Source of the DNA: Treponema sp.
GTDB lineage: Bacteria > Spirochaetota > Spirochaetia > Treponematales > Treponemataceae
Direction: 5' to 3'
Length of the DNA: 64,000 bases
Assembly: GCA_024402535.1 (NCBI GenBank)
Contig: JAKSTN010000008.1
Coordinates: forward strand, 12,012 to 76,011
Shown: positions 10,101-19,061 of the stretch, piece after piece
Position numbering within the stretch: position 1 is the stretch's first letter
Layout of the letters: each line of letters begins with the position of its first letter
Notes under the pieces: model-generated
The model's input: only the letters and a program-made list of their open reading frames with translations
Told to the model about the DNA's origin: nothing
Databases searched by the model: none
Translations under genes and position numbers: made by a program

Positions 10101-10876
10101 GCCTTATCTGCATCTTCAGTTTCGCTTGTAGAACCTGAAGATATAGAAGAAGAAGTATTCAAAGGCTTTCGTCCGTAAAGATAAGTTGTTGTATTGATGT
10201 AATATCCCTGGCGGTGTCTGTAGCCAATTACAGGATTAAAAATCAGTTCGTCTTTTGGATAATAAAATGCCGGAAGATAAAGAACCGGAACCTGCCCTAC
10301 GTAAAGCAGAGCATTCAAAAAAGCAAATTCACCGCCGCTTAAAAGCCACATACGGCTTGCATTGATTTTCCAGTGAGGTTCATCATCATCACAAAAAGTC
10401 ATGGACGCATTACGGAAAGCCAGAACGTTCGATTCAGATTTTCCGAACATATCAGAAAAAACTACAAGTGTTGAGCCAGACGGAAGATTAATGGCATCAC
10501 TTTTAGTCTGAATAACACGGCCACCGTCAAAAACACCTTCAAGGGTGGACGTATTCATGACAAGAGAATTTGCTGTAACATTTTCATCTCCAGAAGCACT
10601 TCCTGTTGAAACCAGATGAACGTTTCCATCAGCATAAAGCATTTTTGTTACGCGGTCGTATGAAACAATATCAGCATTAATTTTTGTATTCACTCCGCCC
10701 TTTGTTACAGAAAGCTCAACATTACCGTCAAGAAAAATTGATTCATTCCCGGTCTCTTCACTTTTTCTGTATTCAGTTTTCTGTGCGTTTTCAATTGTAA
10801 TGGTTGTAATTTCCTGCGAAAAAACAAAAGCACATGAGAGAAAAACTAAAATCAAAAAGAAAAAACTTTTTTTCAT
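7103..10876 (-). CDS. lptD: LPS-assembly outer-membrane protein LptD (spirochaete type)
   Basis: Signal peptide; N-terminal beta-jellyroll-like region; TFCDDDEPHWKINASRMWLL...LYVGQVPVLYLPAFYYP motif; long beta-rich C-terminus; adjacent to uvrA as recalled for Treponema. Confidence 0.83.
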   Translation of the reverse strand: MKKSFFFLILVFLSCAFVFSQEITTITIENAQKTEYRKSEETGNESIFLDGNVELSVTKGGVNTKINADIVSYDRVTKMLYADGNVHLVSTGSASGDENVTANSLVMNTSTLEGVFDGGRVIQTKSDAINLPSGSTLVVFSDMFGKSESNVLAFRNASMTFCDDDEPHWKINASRMWLLSGGEFAFLNALLYVGQVPVLYLPAFYYPKDELIFNPVIGYRHRQGYYINTTTYLYGRKPLNTSSSISSGSTSETEDADKALDSLYNFMRPTTLKEQKREGIVLHNLDEDYSGNTSNYVKVLGDWYSNYGWVTGLESNISPNNQYITKFVFNADLGFTNTVFPVEGENKFTNISSMGSTIWDDSNFMGVSLPFRYKGNLELALSKPFRLSVSLPVYSDPYFGYEMGNRSEDMNWISTIKELLQTDKDKEETVTETSSFTWSLSSSFSPSLPSFMRPFINSFSLSANASVNISSMAANEKELYERIRHPEKYEDSEESDETEKTETSVDAEESEETAEIDPRLELIENSEWFSNSPRRRFYYPSQVTPVNGSVSISGTVFQYPFQKSTSTKKTDVQKPAFDLNKPENFMEESEKVASVKEVLEAENSETENLDNENPDSENTEPETAVEEEIPDTFMQDNYNFPKIAFSSNSSSKSITGFSYNLGYTFSSTVNTTYAYPSDSNILKTSEDFKWENVKSKMYNIKMPVNLSQTVSYADSFLSMTNKLSYNPVWQDHWDIHGKDDEQYAEEYKDEKGKYTDKAWGYTDQEIRSLKRTDYNAQKKDLDNTNTISFRPFVYVPMFSETGVSYDTNIKLFRRKFLSDSDEFNAYYKGEVPFEEADKDSWWEESWIWDEDDESWEENKKNLISVHNISLTLAANEKEKAFSQKAVFTSALPPQDKKFSGSFSLGFPYVNLGLSSSIYEKITNEGKEDEKRQMVRNPIQQTASFSYPLFGSNISLSESFTYKWEDPEKEDYVNVNKKDINGPDNFKTSLSWKTFSLSYTMQYTNKYEFKADETDEEGNVISWGEGWVQEKETYETEEGKELERPHKEFIPFNFNFSYSVPSKTFYSWKNRISLTPTLATSLVADLVRPTNSYFTFNPGITFKLNEFLNLTFSSSSRNSVIYRYLPEKFRNGIDIQGEKNVVKDIWNSFSFWDESKRKASGFKLKSLNVALDHELHDWKFQFKWKMEPVLKNIKGQKWYDFTPYLSLAVVWNPMESIKTARVYQFDETLVTRRLEEGGKGIDYDEDGNKLQNGSWELD

Positions 10877-10900
10877 AAAATCAAATCAAAAAGTAAATAT

Positions 10901-13753
10901 TTACTTTCTCTCACTCCCTTTTTCAAGCACTTCTTTAAGGAAGCGCCCTGTATGACTTTCTTCGCATTTTACAACTTCTTCCGGTGTTCCTGTAACAAGA
11001 ATGTTACCTCCACGGAAACCGCCTTCAGGACCAAGGTCAATAATATGGTCACATTGTCCTATAACATCCAGATTATGTTCAATCATGAGAACAGTATTTC
11101 CCTGGTCAACTAAACGTTGAATAACAGACATAAGCTGTTTTACGTCGGCAAAGTGAAGCCCTGTTGTTGGTTCGTCCATAATGTAAAGTGTCTTACCGGT
11201 GGATACACGGGCAAGCTCATTTGCAAGTTTTACGCGCTGAGCTTCACCGCCAGACAAAGTAAGTGCCGACTGTCCAAGCTGGATATAACCGAGACCTACA
11301 GACTTCAATGTTTCAAGTTTTCTTGAAATATGAGGAATGCTTACAAAGAAATCGCAGGCTTCATCTATAGTCATATTAAGAACATCGTTGATATTTTTGC
11401 CTTTGTAACAGACTTCAAGAGTTTCACGGTTAAAACGTTTTCCGTTACAAACATCACAGACAATGAATACGTCAGGCAAAAAGTTCATTTCTATAAGGTT
11501 AGTTCCGGCGCCCTGACAGGCTTCACAGCGTCCGCCTTTAACATTAAAACTGAAGCGGCCTTTGGCGTAACCACGGCTCTTTGAATCAGGCAGGCTTGCA
11601 AACAGATCGCGGATTGCGTCAAACACTCCGATATAAGTTGCAGGGTTTGACCGAGGCGAACGCCCGATCGGTGACTGGTCAATATTGATAACTTTATCGA
11701 TATGTTCAAAGCCGCTTACTTCAGTACATGCGCCAACATCATATTTTGTGCGCATCACTTTATTTGAAAGTGCCGGGTAAAGAATATCGCTCATCAAAGT
11801 TGATTTACCGGAACCAGACACACCGGTAATACAGGTGAAAGTTCCAAGAGGAAAATCAACATCAACATTTTTAAGGTTATGTTCCGAAGCTCCACGGATG
11901 GAAATGAATTTTCCGTTTCCTTTACGCCGTTCCTGAGGAATGTCCATGCGGAGAGTTCCTGCAAGATACTGTCCTGTAAGACTTTCAGGAACTTTTGAAA
12001 CTTCTTCCGGAGTTCCCGCTGCAACCACCTGACCGCCGTGAACACCGGCTGCAGGCCCGATATCAATAAGGTAATCGGCAGTGCGGAGAGTCTGTTCGTC
12101 ATGTTCAACAACGATTACAGTGTTGCCGTTATCACGGAGAGCTGTAAGAGTATCTATAAGGCGCTGGTTGTCTCTCTGGTGAAGGCCGATACTAGGTTCG
12201 TCAAGAATGTACATTACGCCGCACAAGGCCGAACCGATCTGTGTTGCAAGGCGGATTCGCTGTGCTTCACCACCCGACAAAGTTTCGGCGGCTCGTTCAA
12301 GTGTCAGGTAATCAAGCCCAACATTCTGAAGGAAGCGGAGACGGCTTTTAATTTCTTTCATAACCTGAGAAGCGATTTTTGCTTCACTTTCAGAAAGTTC
12401 CAGTTTGTCAAAAAATTCAATGGAATCAGAAACTGAAAGTTCCGTTACTTCGATAATGCTTTTACCGCCAACAGTAACACCAAGAGCTTCGTTACGAAGA
12501 CGGCGGCCGTTACAGCAGGTACAGGTCTGATGAGTCATGAACTTTTCAAGATTTGTCTTCATGGCGTCACCCCAGGCTTCCACATACCGGCGGCGCATAT
12601 CATTCATAACACCTGGCCATGGCTCATTGTATTCGCTCATACCGGTACCGCTCTGCTTGTAGTAAATCCAGTGAAGGGGCCTGTCGCTTCCGTTCATGAG
12701 CATGTCATACTGTTTTTCAGTAAGCTGATTAATCGGCGTGTCCAGGCCGAAACCATATTCATCGGCAAGAGCCTGAAGACGTGTCATATTCCACTGGCTT
12801 GTCGGCGAGTAAGGTCCAAGGCCGTGTTCTGCAATGCTTAAAGAGTCATCAGGAATAATCAGCTTTTCACTGAACTCCATTTTTTCACCAAGACCTGTAC
12901 ATTCAGGACAAGCACCAAAAGGATTGTTGAAAGAAAAAAGGCGTGGCTGAAGTTCCGGAATGGAAATACCACAGTCAGGACATGCGTTCTTCTGACTGAA
13001 GAAAACTTCGGTATCACTTTCTTCGCCAGGTTCACGTTTTGTAACAATGATGATTCCGTTACTTGCAGTAAGAGCAGTTTCAATTGAATCCGAAAGACGT
13101 GATCTTATTTCTTCGCTTTTCACAATGCGATCAATAATGATTTCGATTGTGTGCTTTTTCTGTTTATCAAGTTTGATTGGGTCGTCAAGGCTTGCCACAA
13201 CGCCGTCAATGCGGGCACGGACAAACCCCTGCTTTTTTGCATCATCAAGAATCTTCTGATGCTCACCTTTTTTTCCGCGGATAACCGGAGAAAGGATCTG
13301 CATCTTTGTGCCGTCTTTCCAGTTCATGATTGAATCAATAATCTGGTCCACGCTCTGTTCACGGATTTCCCGTCCGCATTCAGGACAATGTGCGTGACCG
13401 GTTCTTGCAAAAAGAAGACGATAATAGTCATAGATTTCTGTAATGGTTCCCACAGTTGAGCGCGGATTTTTATTTGTGGATTTCTGTTCGATTGATATTG
13501 CAGGAGAAAGACCTTCAATCAAATCAACATCAGGCTTGTCCATAGTGCCAAGAAACTGACGTGCGTATGAAGAAAGGCTTTCCATGTAACGGCGCTGCCC
13601 TTCTGCAAAAAGAGTATCAAAAGCAAGGGAACTTTTTCCCGAACCTGAAAGCCCAGAAATAACAACAAGCTTGTTGCGGGGCATGGTAACGTCAATATTT
13701 TTTAAGTTATGTTCGCGGGCACCGCGAATTACAATCTTTCCAGAATCAAACAT
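10901..13753 (-). CDS. uvrA: Excinuclease ABC subunit A
   Basis: Two ABC cassettes ([18 protein letters not shown], two LSGGEAQR) and Zn fingers. Confidence 0.99.
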   Translation of the reverse strand: MFDSGKIVIRGAREHNLKNIDVTMPRNKLVVISGLSGSGKSSLAFDTLFAEGQRRYMESLSSYARQFLGTMDKPDVDLIEGLSPAISIEQKSTNKNPRSTVGTITEIYDYYRLLFARTGHAHCPECGREIREQSVDQIIDSIMNWKDGTKMQILSPVIRGKKGEHQKILDDAKKQGFVRARIDGVVASLDDPIKLDKQKKHTIEIIIDRIVKSEEIRSRLSDSIETALTASNGIIIVTKREPGEESDTEVFFSQKNACPDCGISIPELQPRLFSFNNPFGACPECTGLGEKMEFSEKLIIPDDSLSIAEHGLGPYSPTSQWNMTRLQALADEYGFGLDTPINQLTEKQYDMLMNGSDRPLHWIYYKQSGTGMSEYNEPWPGVMNDMRRRYVEAWGDAMKTNLEKFMTHQTCTCCNGRRLRNEALGVTVGGKSIIEVTELSVSDSIEFFDKLELSESEAKIASQVMKEIKSRLRFLQNVGLDYLTLERAAETLSGGEAQRIRLATQIGSALCGVMYILDEPSIGLHQRDNQRLIDTLTALRDNGNTVIVVEHDEQTLRTADYLIDIGPAAGVHGGQVVAAGTPEEVSKVPESLTGQYLAGTLRMDIPQERRKGNGKFISIRGASEHNLKNVDVDFPLGTFTCITGVSGSGKSTLMSDILYPALSNKVMRTKYDVGACTEVSGFEHIDKVINIDQSPIGRSPRSNPATYIGVFDAIRDLFASLPDSKSRGYAKGRFSFNVKGGRCEACQGAGTNLIEMNFLPDVFIVCDVCNGKRFNRETLEVCYKGKNINDVLNMTIDEACDFFVSIPHISRKLETLKSVGLGYIQLGQSALTLSGGEAQRVKLANELARVSTGKTLYIMDEPTTGLHFADVKQLMSVIQRLVDQGNTVLMIEHNLDVIGQCDHIIDLGPEGGFRGGNILVTGTPEEVVKCEESHTGRFLKEVLEKGSERK

Positions 13754-13762
13754 ATTATATAG

Positions 13763-13791
13763 ATTATACCGAAAAAAAACGCTCCTTTCAA
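13763..13791 (-). promoter_or_regulatory. Sigma70-type promoter of uvrA
   Basis: TTGAAA-17 nt-TATAAT on the minus strand, ending 9 nt before the ATG; no SD. Confidence 0.7.
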
Positions 13792-13835
13792 AAGAATATA
13801 GAAAAAAAGCGATATGAAAAAAAAATTAGAAATAT

Positions 13836-13865
13836 TTGACATTTTTGATATTAATTAGGTACAAT
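13836..13865 (+). promoter_or_regulatory. Sigma70-type promoter of the OMP-lipoprotein operon
   Basis: TTGACA-18 nt-TACAAT, about 105 nt upstream of the ATG; SD AAGGAG before 13971. Confidence 0.7.
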
Positions 13866-13970
13866 ATAGATGTATGTCAAAAAGATTGATTCACTTTATT
13901 ACGAATCATAATCTCTGCCTTAGTGTGGAGGATAAAATCTAAAACTACATAAAAATTAAAGGAGATTTTT

Positions 13971-15659
13971 ATGAAAAAAATTTCAAAAGTTCTGCTTTCA
14001 AGCGGAATGGCTGCATGTATGATGGCAGGCCTTTTTGCCTCTCCTACAAATACAGCCACTAAGGGGCTCTTCGCAACAGAAGGTGACCAGTACATGGATG
14101 TTCTCGGATTCTCAAATGTAGATTTCGAAAAACTTTTCGTAAACGTTAATGTCAGCGAAAGCGACCTCAATGCAGGAACAGCATTCAATGCATTTGGACT
14201 TTATTTCGGAGCTGCTTACGACGGAAACATTTTCGGTGGGAAGAGCAATGACTTTGTTGCAACTTCTACAACACAGACAGAAGGAACTAATCTCAACGCA
14301 AAAGATTCTAAATCTGTAGAAACAAAAATTACAGAAGGTAAAGCAAGTTCTTGGAATGCTTCAAACAAATTCTCAATTCTTGCAGGAATTGGAAACATGG
14401 GTATCAAAGCAACATTTGATACTTCTGGAACAAAGACTTATGACAATGGTGCAACAGCTGCAAATACAACAGTTCTTTCAACAGAAGAAACAACTGGTGA
14501 TGTAAGCTACAAAGAAACTGGTGATGTAAACACAGACAAAGGTAATGTTACTCGCAAAGCAAACAAAACAAACACAATTGTTTATAAACCTGCTGTAGAA
14601 TTTGGTATGCCTATTGCTATCGGAGACAATGAACTTGCTCTTAAAGCAGGCCTGGAAGTAGACATCAATAATAATACTTCATCGAATAACACAAAAACTT
14701 ACACATGGTACAACAATAAAACAGGAGAACTTGTTTCTGAATCAACTACAGATATCGAAGATGAAAGTTACATTCGAATTATCCCAAATGTTTCAGTTGG
14801 AATCTTTGATGCAGGTTTCGAATATGAAGGAAAATTTGATGTAAGAACAAATTCGGTAAAAGCTGCAGACGGTTCTAAAATCAAATCTAAGGGACATTCT
14901 AATGGTTCAAACACTGTAAACTATGTAACTGAAGAAGATGGTTCAAAAACAACTGTAAATAAAACTGATTTCAGCTACAAAACAAAGAATGCTAACCAGA
15001 ACCATAAAGTTACACTTACTTACGGAAAATCAGCTGAACTTAACGAAAAACTGACTGTTGCATTCAACACAAAAGCAGTAGTTAATATGAACTTCAAAAA
15101 AGAAAGTGATAACGCAAAAAGTATAGTAACAGTAAAAACAATTGATTACACAGATGCAGTTGCTTCTGCTACAAGTGGAAACTATGTTACAAAAGTAACA
15201 ACTACTAAAACTACACCTTCTAACGAACTTACTTCTACATCAACTGTAACTGTATCACCTACACTGAACCTTGCAGCTCAGTATGCTCTTAAACCAACTG
15301 TAACACTGAACCTTGGTTACCGTGCAACTTGTGATGCATATAAATTTCAGTCTGAAAAAGTTACAAAAGAATTAGCTTCAGCAAAAGAAACAACAGTTAC
15401 TGTAACTGAATACAAAGACGGAAAAACTGAAACAAACACTGTACCAAGTGTAAATACTGATACAAAAAAAGAACATAACAATGTTATGAACACATTCACA
15501 AACATTGCTTCTTCTGCTTCTGCAGGTGTAACATTCCAGATGACAGACAACATGCTTCTTGATTGTTCATTCGGTGCTTCAGCAGTAAAAAGCAATGGTA
15601 TTGCTAACATCACAACAATGTTCAATGGCATGACTATTGCTGCAACAGTTAAATTCTAA
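13971..15659 (+). CDS. Outer-membrane beta-barrel protein, possibly TDE2508-like
   Basis: Sec signal peptide (AGLFA); N-terminal TATKGLFATEGDQYMDV resembles Treponema TDE2508-type OMPs (from recall); amphipathic strands; ends IAATVKF; T/K/N-rich. Confidence 0.72.
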   Translation: MKKISKVLLSSGMAACMMAGLFASPTNTATKGLFATEGDQYMDVLGFSNVDFEKLFVNVNVSESDLNAGTAFNAFGLYFGAAYDGNIFGGKSNDFVATSTTQTEGTNLNAKDSKSVETKITEGKASSWNASNKFSILAGIGNMGIKATFDTSGTKTYDNGATAANTTVLSTEETTGDVSYKETGDVNTDKGNVTRKANKTNTIVYKPAVEFGMPIAIGDNELALKAGLEVDINNNTSSNNTKTYTWYNNKTGELVSESTTDIEDESYIRIIPNVSVGIFDAGFEYEGKFDVRTNSVKAADGSKIKSKGHSNGSNTVNYVTEEDGSKTTVNKTDFSYKTKNANQNHKVTLTYGKSAELNEKLTVAFNTKAVVNMNFKKESDNAKSIVTVKTIDYTDAVASATSGNYVTKVTTTKTTPSNELTSTSTVTVSPTLNLAAQYALKPTVTLNLGYRATCDAYKFQSEKVTKELASAKETTVTVTEYKDGKTETNTVPSVNTDTKKEHNNVMNTFTNIASSASAGVTFQMTDNMLLDCSFGASAVKSNGIANITTMFNGMTIAATVKF

Positions 15660-15679
15660 TTATAGGGAGAAAGTAAATT

Positions 15680-17239
15680 ATGAAAAATACAAAACTTTTT
15701 TCTGCAATTCTGTGTGGATCTATGATTCTTGCAGGTTGTAAAAACGCTTTCACAGGAACTGAAGGTTCTTTTGATGATGCTGTAAAAGCAAAATACAATA
15801 ACTCAACAGACACAGTACAGATTTCATCAGGACAGTCTGCTGTAACAATTTCTGTTTCAACCCCTATAACATGGGACTACATTGATACAGATAATAACGA
15901 TAAAAACGATACATACGTACTCGTACTTACAGCCTCTCAGTCATTGAAATCTGCAAGTGGTTTCAAAATGGAAAAATTCAGAGAAGCAGCTGATATTGAT
16001 TCTCCAATTACATTTGAAGCATACCCTGAAGCATCATTCGCTCTTGACCCTGAAAAAGATGTTACAGGAACAAAAGTTTACGTTTCTGTAAAAACAGGTG
16101 AAGGAAAAGAAGCTCCTGTAGATTACCTTATTACAGTTGATGCTTCTGCAATTGATACTGTAACAGGTGCAAAACTTGACGCTGATGGCGATAAGTTCTG
16201 GGGTGAAGCTGAAGACAATGCATATTTTTCAGATAAAATTACATTAGTATATGGAGGATATGCAAATTACGTTTCACCAATAGGATATTTTGTAACACCT
16301 GCTGCTACAGCAGATATTCCAGCTCTTTCAGCATCTTATGATGATGAAAAAGCTAAACTCATTTATTCTGCAACACTTGATACTGATGCAAACAAAGCTG
16401 TTTTAGATTCTTACTATGCTTCTTTTGAAAAATATGATGCAGTAAATGACACATGGGTTGCAGCAGATGTTACAAAAGAATATACAAGCGTATCTGACAC
16501 TGCAGCTGATGTAACACCTGGCGAATACAAAGTTTTGGTAAACGTTGCACGCGGTATTCCTGTTCGTTACACAACAACAGATGCAAACAAAGTTGTTGTA
16601 AATGTTAACCTTGACAAAAAAGACATTGCACTTCCTACAACAACAAATAAATATGCAGTACCAGCTATCAATCAGGTTGTAAACGCTAACAGTACAAATA
16701 CAACTTCACTTTCTTCTATCGCTGCAAAATATCTTAAACCAGATACAGACAAACTCGAACTTTCTCTTTCATCAGAAGGAAACGGTGTATTCTACATTAA
16801 TGCAAGCAAATTCCTTCCTACTGAAGGAAAAACATGGGTTGCTGATAAAGATGTTACATCAAAACTCACTTCAATTACAAAGATCGCAGGTGCAGATAAA
16901 TCATCTGTAAAAGTTTATGTAAAGAAAACATCTACTGTAACTGCTATTAGCGGGGAATCAACAAAAGTTGTTTCTTATACAGAAATTACTCCAAAAGAAG
17001 TATCAACACCAGACAACGGATCTAAACTCCGCATCGTTCTTGATGATGCAGAACTTACAGCAACAACTAACCTTGTTGTAACATGTTCTGAAAACGTAAA
17101 GGTTTCTGGTAAAGGTACAACTACAAAAACTGGCGAAGCTCCTGTAGAAGGAACATTCGACAACATTGCTATTGGACATACATCAGTAGCAAAAACAACT
17201 GTTACAGCTAAAGGCTGGACAGCAATTACAAATTACTAA
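15680..17239 (+). CDS. Surface lipoprotein, function unknown
   Basis: Lipobox LAGC; T/A/D/K-rich beta character; acidic GAKLDADGDKFWGEAEDN motif; 20 nt after the OMP stop with its own SD. Confidence 0.82.
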   Translation: MKNTKLFSAILCGSMILAGCKNAFTGTEGSFDDAVKAKYNNSTDTVQISSGQSAVTISVSTPITWDYIDTDNNDKNDTYVLVLTASQSLKSASGFKMEKFREAADIDSPITFEAYPEASFALDPEKDVTGTKVYVSVKTGEGKEAPVDYLITVDASAIDTVTGAKLDADGDKFWGEAEDNAYFSDKITLVYGGYANYVSPIGYFVTPAATADIPALSASYDDEKAKLIYSATLDTDANKAVLDSYYASFEKYDAVNDTWVAADVTKEYTSVSDTAADVTPGEYKVLVNVARGIPVRYTTTDANKVVVNVNLDKKDIALPTTTNKYAVPAINQVVNANSTNTTSLSSIAAKYLKPDTDKLELSLSSEGNGVFYINASKFLPTEGKTWVADKDVTSKLTSITKIAGADKSSVKVYVKKTSTVTAISGESTKVVSYTEITPKEVSTPDNGSKLRIVLDDAELTATTNLVVTCSENVKVSGKGTTTKTGEAPVEGTFDNIAIGHTSVAKTTVTAKGWTAITNY

Positions 17240-17262
17240 TTCTTATAAATAGTAATTTATGG

Positions 17263-17297
17263 AAAAAAGCGCTTCCTCACGGAAGCGCTTTTTTTTG
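17263..17297. terminator. Intrinsic terminator, probably bidirectional
   Basis: AAAAAAGCGCTTCC-TCAC-GGAAGCGCTTTTTTTTT: perfect stem flanked by A and T runs. Confidence 0.88.
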
Positions 17298-17340
17298 TTT
17301 TATTTTTGAACACTTAAACTCGGGGAAATTTGAAACAAAA

Positions 17341-17495
17341 AAATCACCTACCATTGCTGTGTTGTTTTCGAAATCGTAAGTCCATGAAAACATGAAGCGC
17401 AACGGAAATTTTCCACCCACCCTTATTGTGTTGTTTTCGAAATCGTAAGTCCATGAAAACATGAAGCGCAACGGAAATATTTCACCTAACTTTTT
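17341..17495. repeat. Tandem repeat, 69-bp period, about 2.25 copies
   Basis: Identical 52-mer TGTGTTGTTTTCGAAATCGTAAGTCCATGAAAACATGAAGCGCAACGGAAAT at 17358-17409 and 17427-17478. It is flanked by three related 17-mers: aaatcacctaccattgc, tttccacccacccttat and atttcacctaacttttt. Confidence 0.95.
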
Positions 17496-17737
17496 TATAC
17501 AGGTGTTGAGGGATGACAAAAATAAATCACATCAATCAAACAGAAAAAACTTATTTTTCAAAAAAATACTCTGTTTTCCTATAAACTCTCAAATCAAACT
17601 GCCCTAAACAAAACTAAAAACTCAAAAACTTTGTATTAAAATAAGACGTTTTTTTAAAACTTAATCAAACAACACCACTCTGGACTGAAACAGAACTATC
17701 CCAGTCATGAACCCTTATTTCGTTTTTTTTCACATAG

Positions 17738-17831
17738 TTTGCTATAATTCCACTTAAACCCAGCAATTTTATAGTAAAATCGAGTTCTCATCCAACTCTT
17801 TTACGCTCATTTCCCAACCAGCAAAGCCTTT
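17738..17831 (-). repeat. Diverged copy of the Rpn gene 3' end and downstream flank
   Basis: 94 bp aligning without gaps to 17927-18020 with 13 mismatches (counted by eye). It encodes KALLVGK-stop versus KALLAGK-stop in the intact gene. Confidence 0.88.
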
Positions 17832-17995
17832 CATTATCAAAAAACAGCTATAAATACACATTTTCATAAACATTTATAGTCAAACAAACAGAAAAACAGT
17901 CAACAAAAGGGCTATAAAATGCCGATTTTGCTATAATTCCCCTCAAAATCAGCCATCTTATAGTAAAATCGAGTTCTCACTCATCTATTTTACGC

Positions 17996-18904
17996 TCATT
18001 TCCCCGCAAGCAAAGCCTTTAATCTGGCAATTTCTGCATCCTTCTCTTCAAGCGCGGCATCTTTTTCTTCAAGCGCTGCTTTTTTTTCTTCCAGTTCAAC
18101 TTCTTTCTGTTTTATTAAAATTTCATCTTCGGCTCTTTGAGCTGCGGCACCCTCGCGGTAACCGTCATCATGAAAAACTTTTTTTGCTTCTTCTTCATCA
18201 TATTCTGTTAAACTCATTGCCTTTATCCTTGCCCTATGCTGATCGAAATAACCATTCAAAAATCTCTTCTTAACTGCTTCATCAAGTGCCGTTTCAACTG
18301 CAGATTCAAGATCTTTTCCAGCCCGAAGATTTTCTTTTACCATAGTAACATACTCTACATAATCTTGTAAGGCTTTACATGACTTTACAAGTTTCTCATT
18401 TTTTCCTTTATTTATATTAAGTACAGTACAAGTCCATTCATAGCATTCATCAGTTTTTCTGACAGGGATTTCGAATGAATCGGAAAGTTTTAAAACCATT
18501 CTTTCCCCTATATCTTTTTCACCATTGTAAAAAACAATATAGTTGGGTGTTGCTATTTTAATTTTTGAATTCGAATATATCTTAGAGTTGTGATACTTAA
18601 CTCTTAGGAGTTCAGAAAAATACATTAAGCCGCGTAACGGAAGATTTGGTGAATATGTGGACTGATGTTCATAAAGACTCATCTGATTATTCAATATAAA
18701 TGAAATATCATTTTTCATCTTCATGTAAATAACATCTTCTAAAGTAGTTATCTCAAGATCTTTTTCATTAGTGTAATTTGAATCATTCACCGCATTATAT
18801 AATGACAATAACCAGTCTTTGTGTTCTTTATCATTGAAAATTGCCCTGAATAAACGATCCTTATATTTCAGCGTTGTTCTTATTTCACTTGTCGTATTAG
18901 CCAT
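17996..18904 (-). CDS. Rpn-family PD-(D/E)xK nuclease / putative transposase
   Basis: YKDRLFRAIF, KNDISF, LYEHQSTYSPNLPLRGLMYF and P..IVFYNG motifs; coiled-coil tail with LEEKDAA heptads; SD GGAGG. Confidence 0.85.
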   Translation of the reverse strand: MANTTSEIRTTLKYKDRLFRAIFNDKEHKDWLLSLYNAVNDSNYTNEKDLEITTLEDVIYMKMKNDISFILNNQMSLYEHQSTYSPNLPLRGLMYFSELLRVKYHNSKIYSNSKIKIATPNYIVFYNGEKDIGERMVLKLSDSFEIPVRKTDECYEWTCTVLNINKGKNEKLVKSCKALQDYVEYVTMVKENLRAGKDLESAVETALDEAVKKRFLNGYFDQHRARIKAMSLTEYDEEEAKKVFHDDGYREGAAAQRAEDEILIKQKEVELEEKKAALEEKDAALEEKDAEIARLKALLAGK

Positions 18905-18995
18905 TTTAGCCTCCTATAAAACCATTTGTGATAAGAAAACCACACTATATATATAGATTTTTTTTGTTAAAAAAGGAAAAAAGATAAGAATAAAA

Positions 18996-19032
18996 AGAAA
19001 AAAAACGGCGGTTTCTGGAAGAAACCGCCGTT
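18996..19032 (-). terminator. Intrinsic terminator of guaB
   Basis: 12-bp stem AACGGCGGTTTC/GAAACCGCCGTT with a 5-nt loop, followed on the minus strand by a T run. Confidence 0.88.
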
Positions 19033-19061
19033 CGATTAAGTTTTAATTACTAAATTAATGC

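Noticed and set aside
13754-13835. LexA/SOS box at uvrA
   Set aside because: No CTGT-N8-ACAG or GAAC-N4-GTTC motif, and no convincing motif shared with the polymerase promoter.
17341-17495. CRISPR array or glutamine (glnA) riboswitch
   Set aside because: Only two 52-nt cores, the 17-nt linkers resemble each other and no cas genes are present. The E-loop and P1 consensus of the glnA motif do not match.
17277-17519. 80-aa ORF as a confident gene
   Set aside because: No SD, it ends inside the terminator, and its openness follows from the 69-bp period. Kept only as an alternative in the findings.
17996-18904. Rpn gene as a bona fide IS element
   Set aside because: No terminal inverted repeats or target-site duplication are visible, and the 'transposase' label for this family is not well supported.
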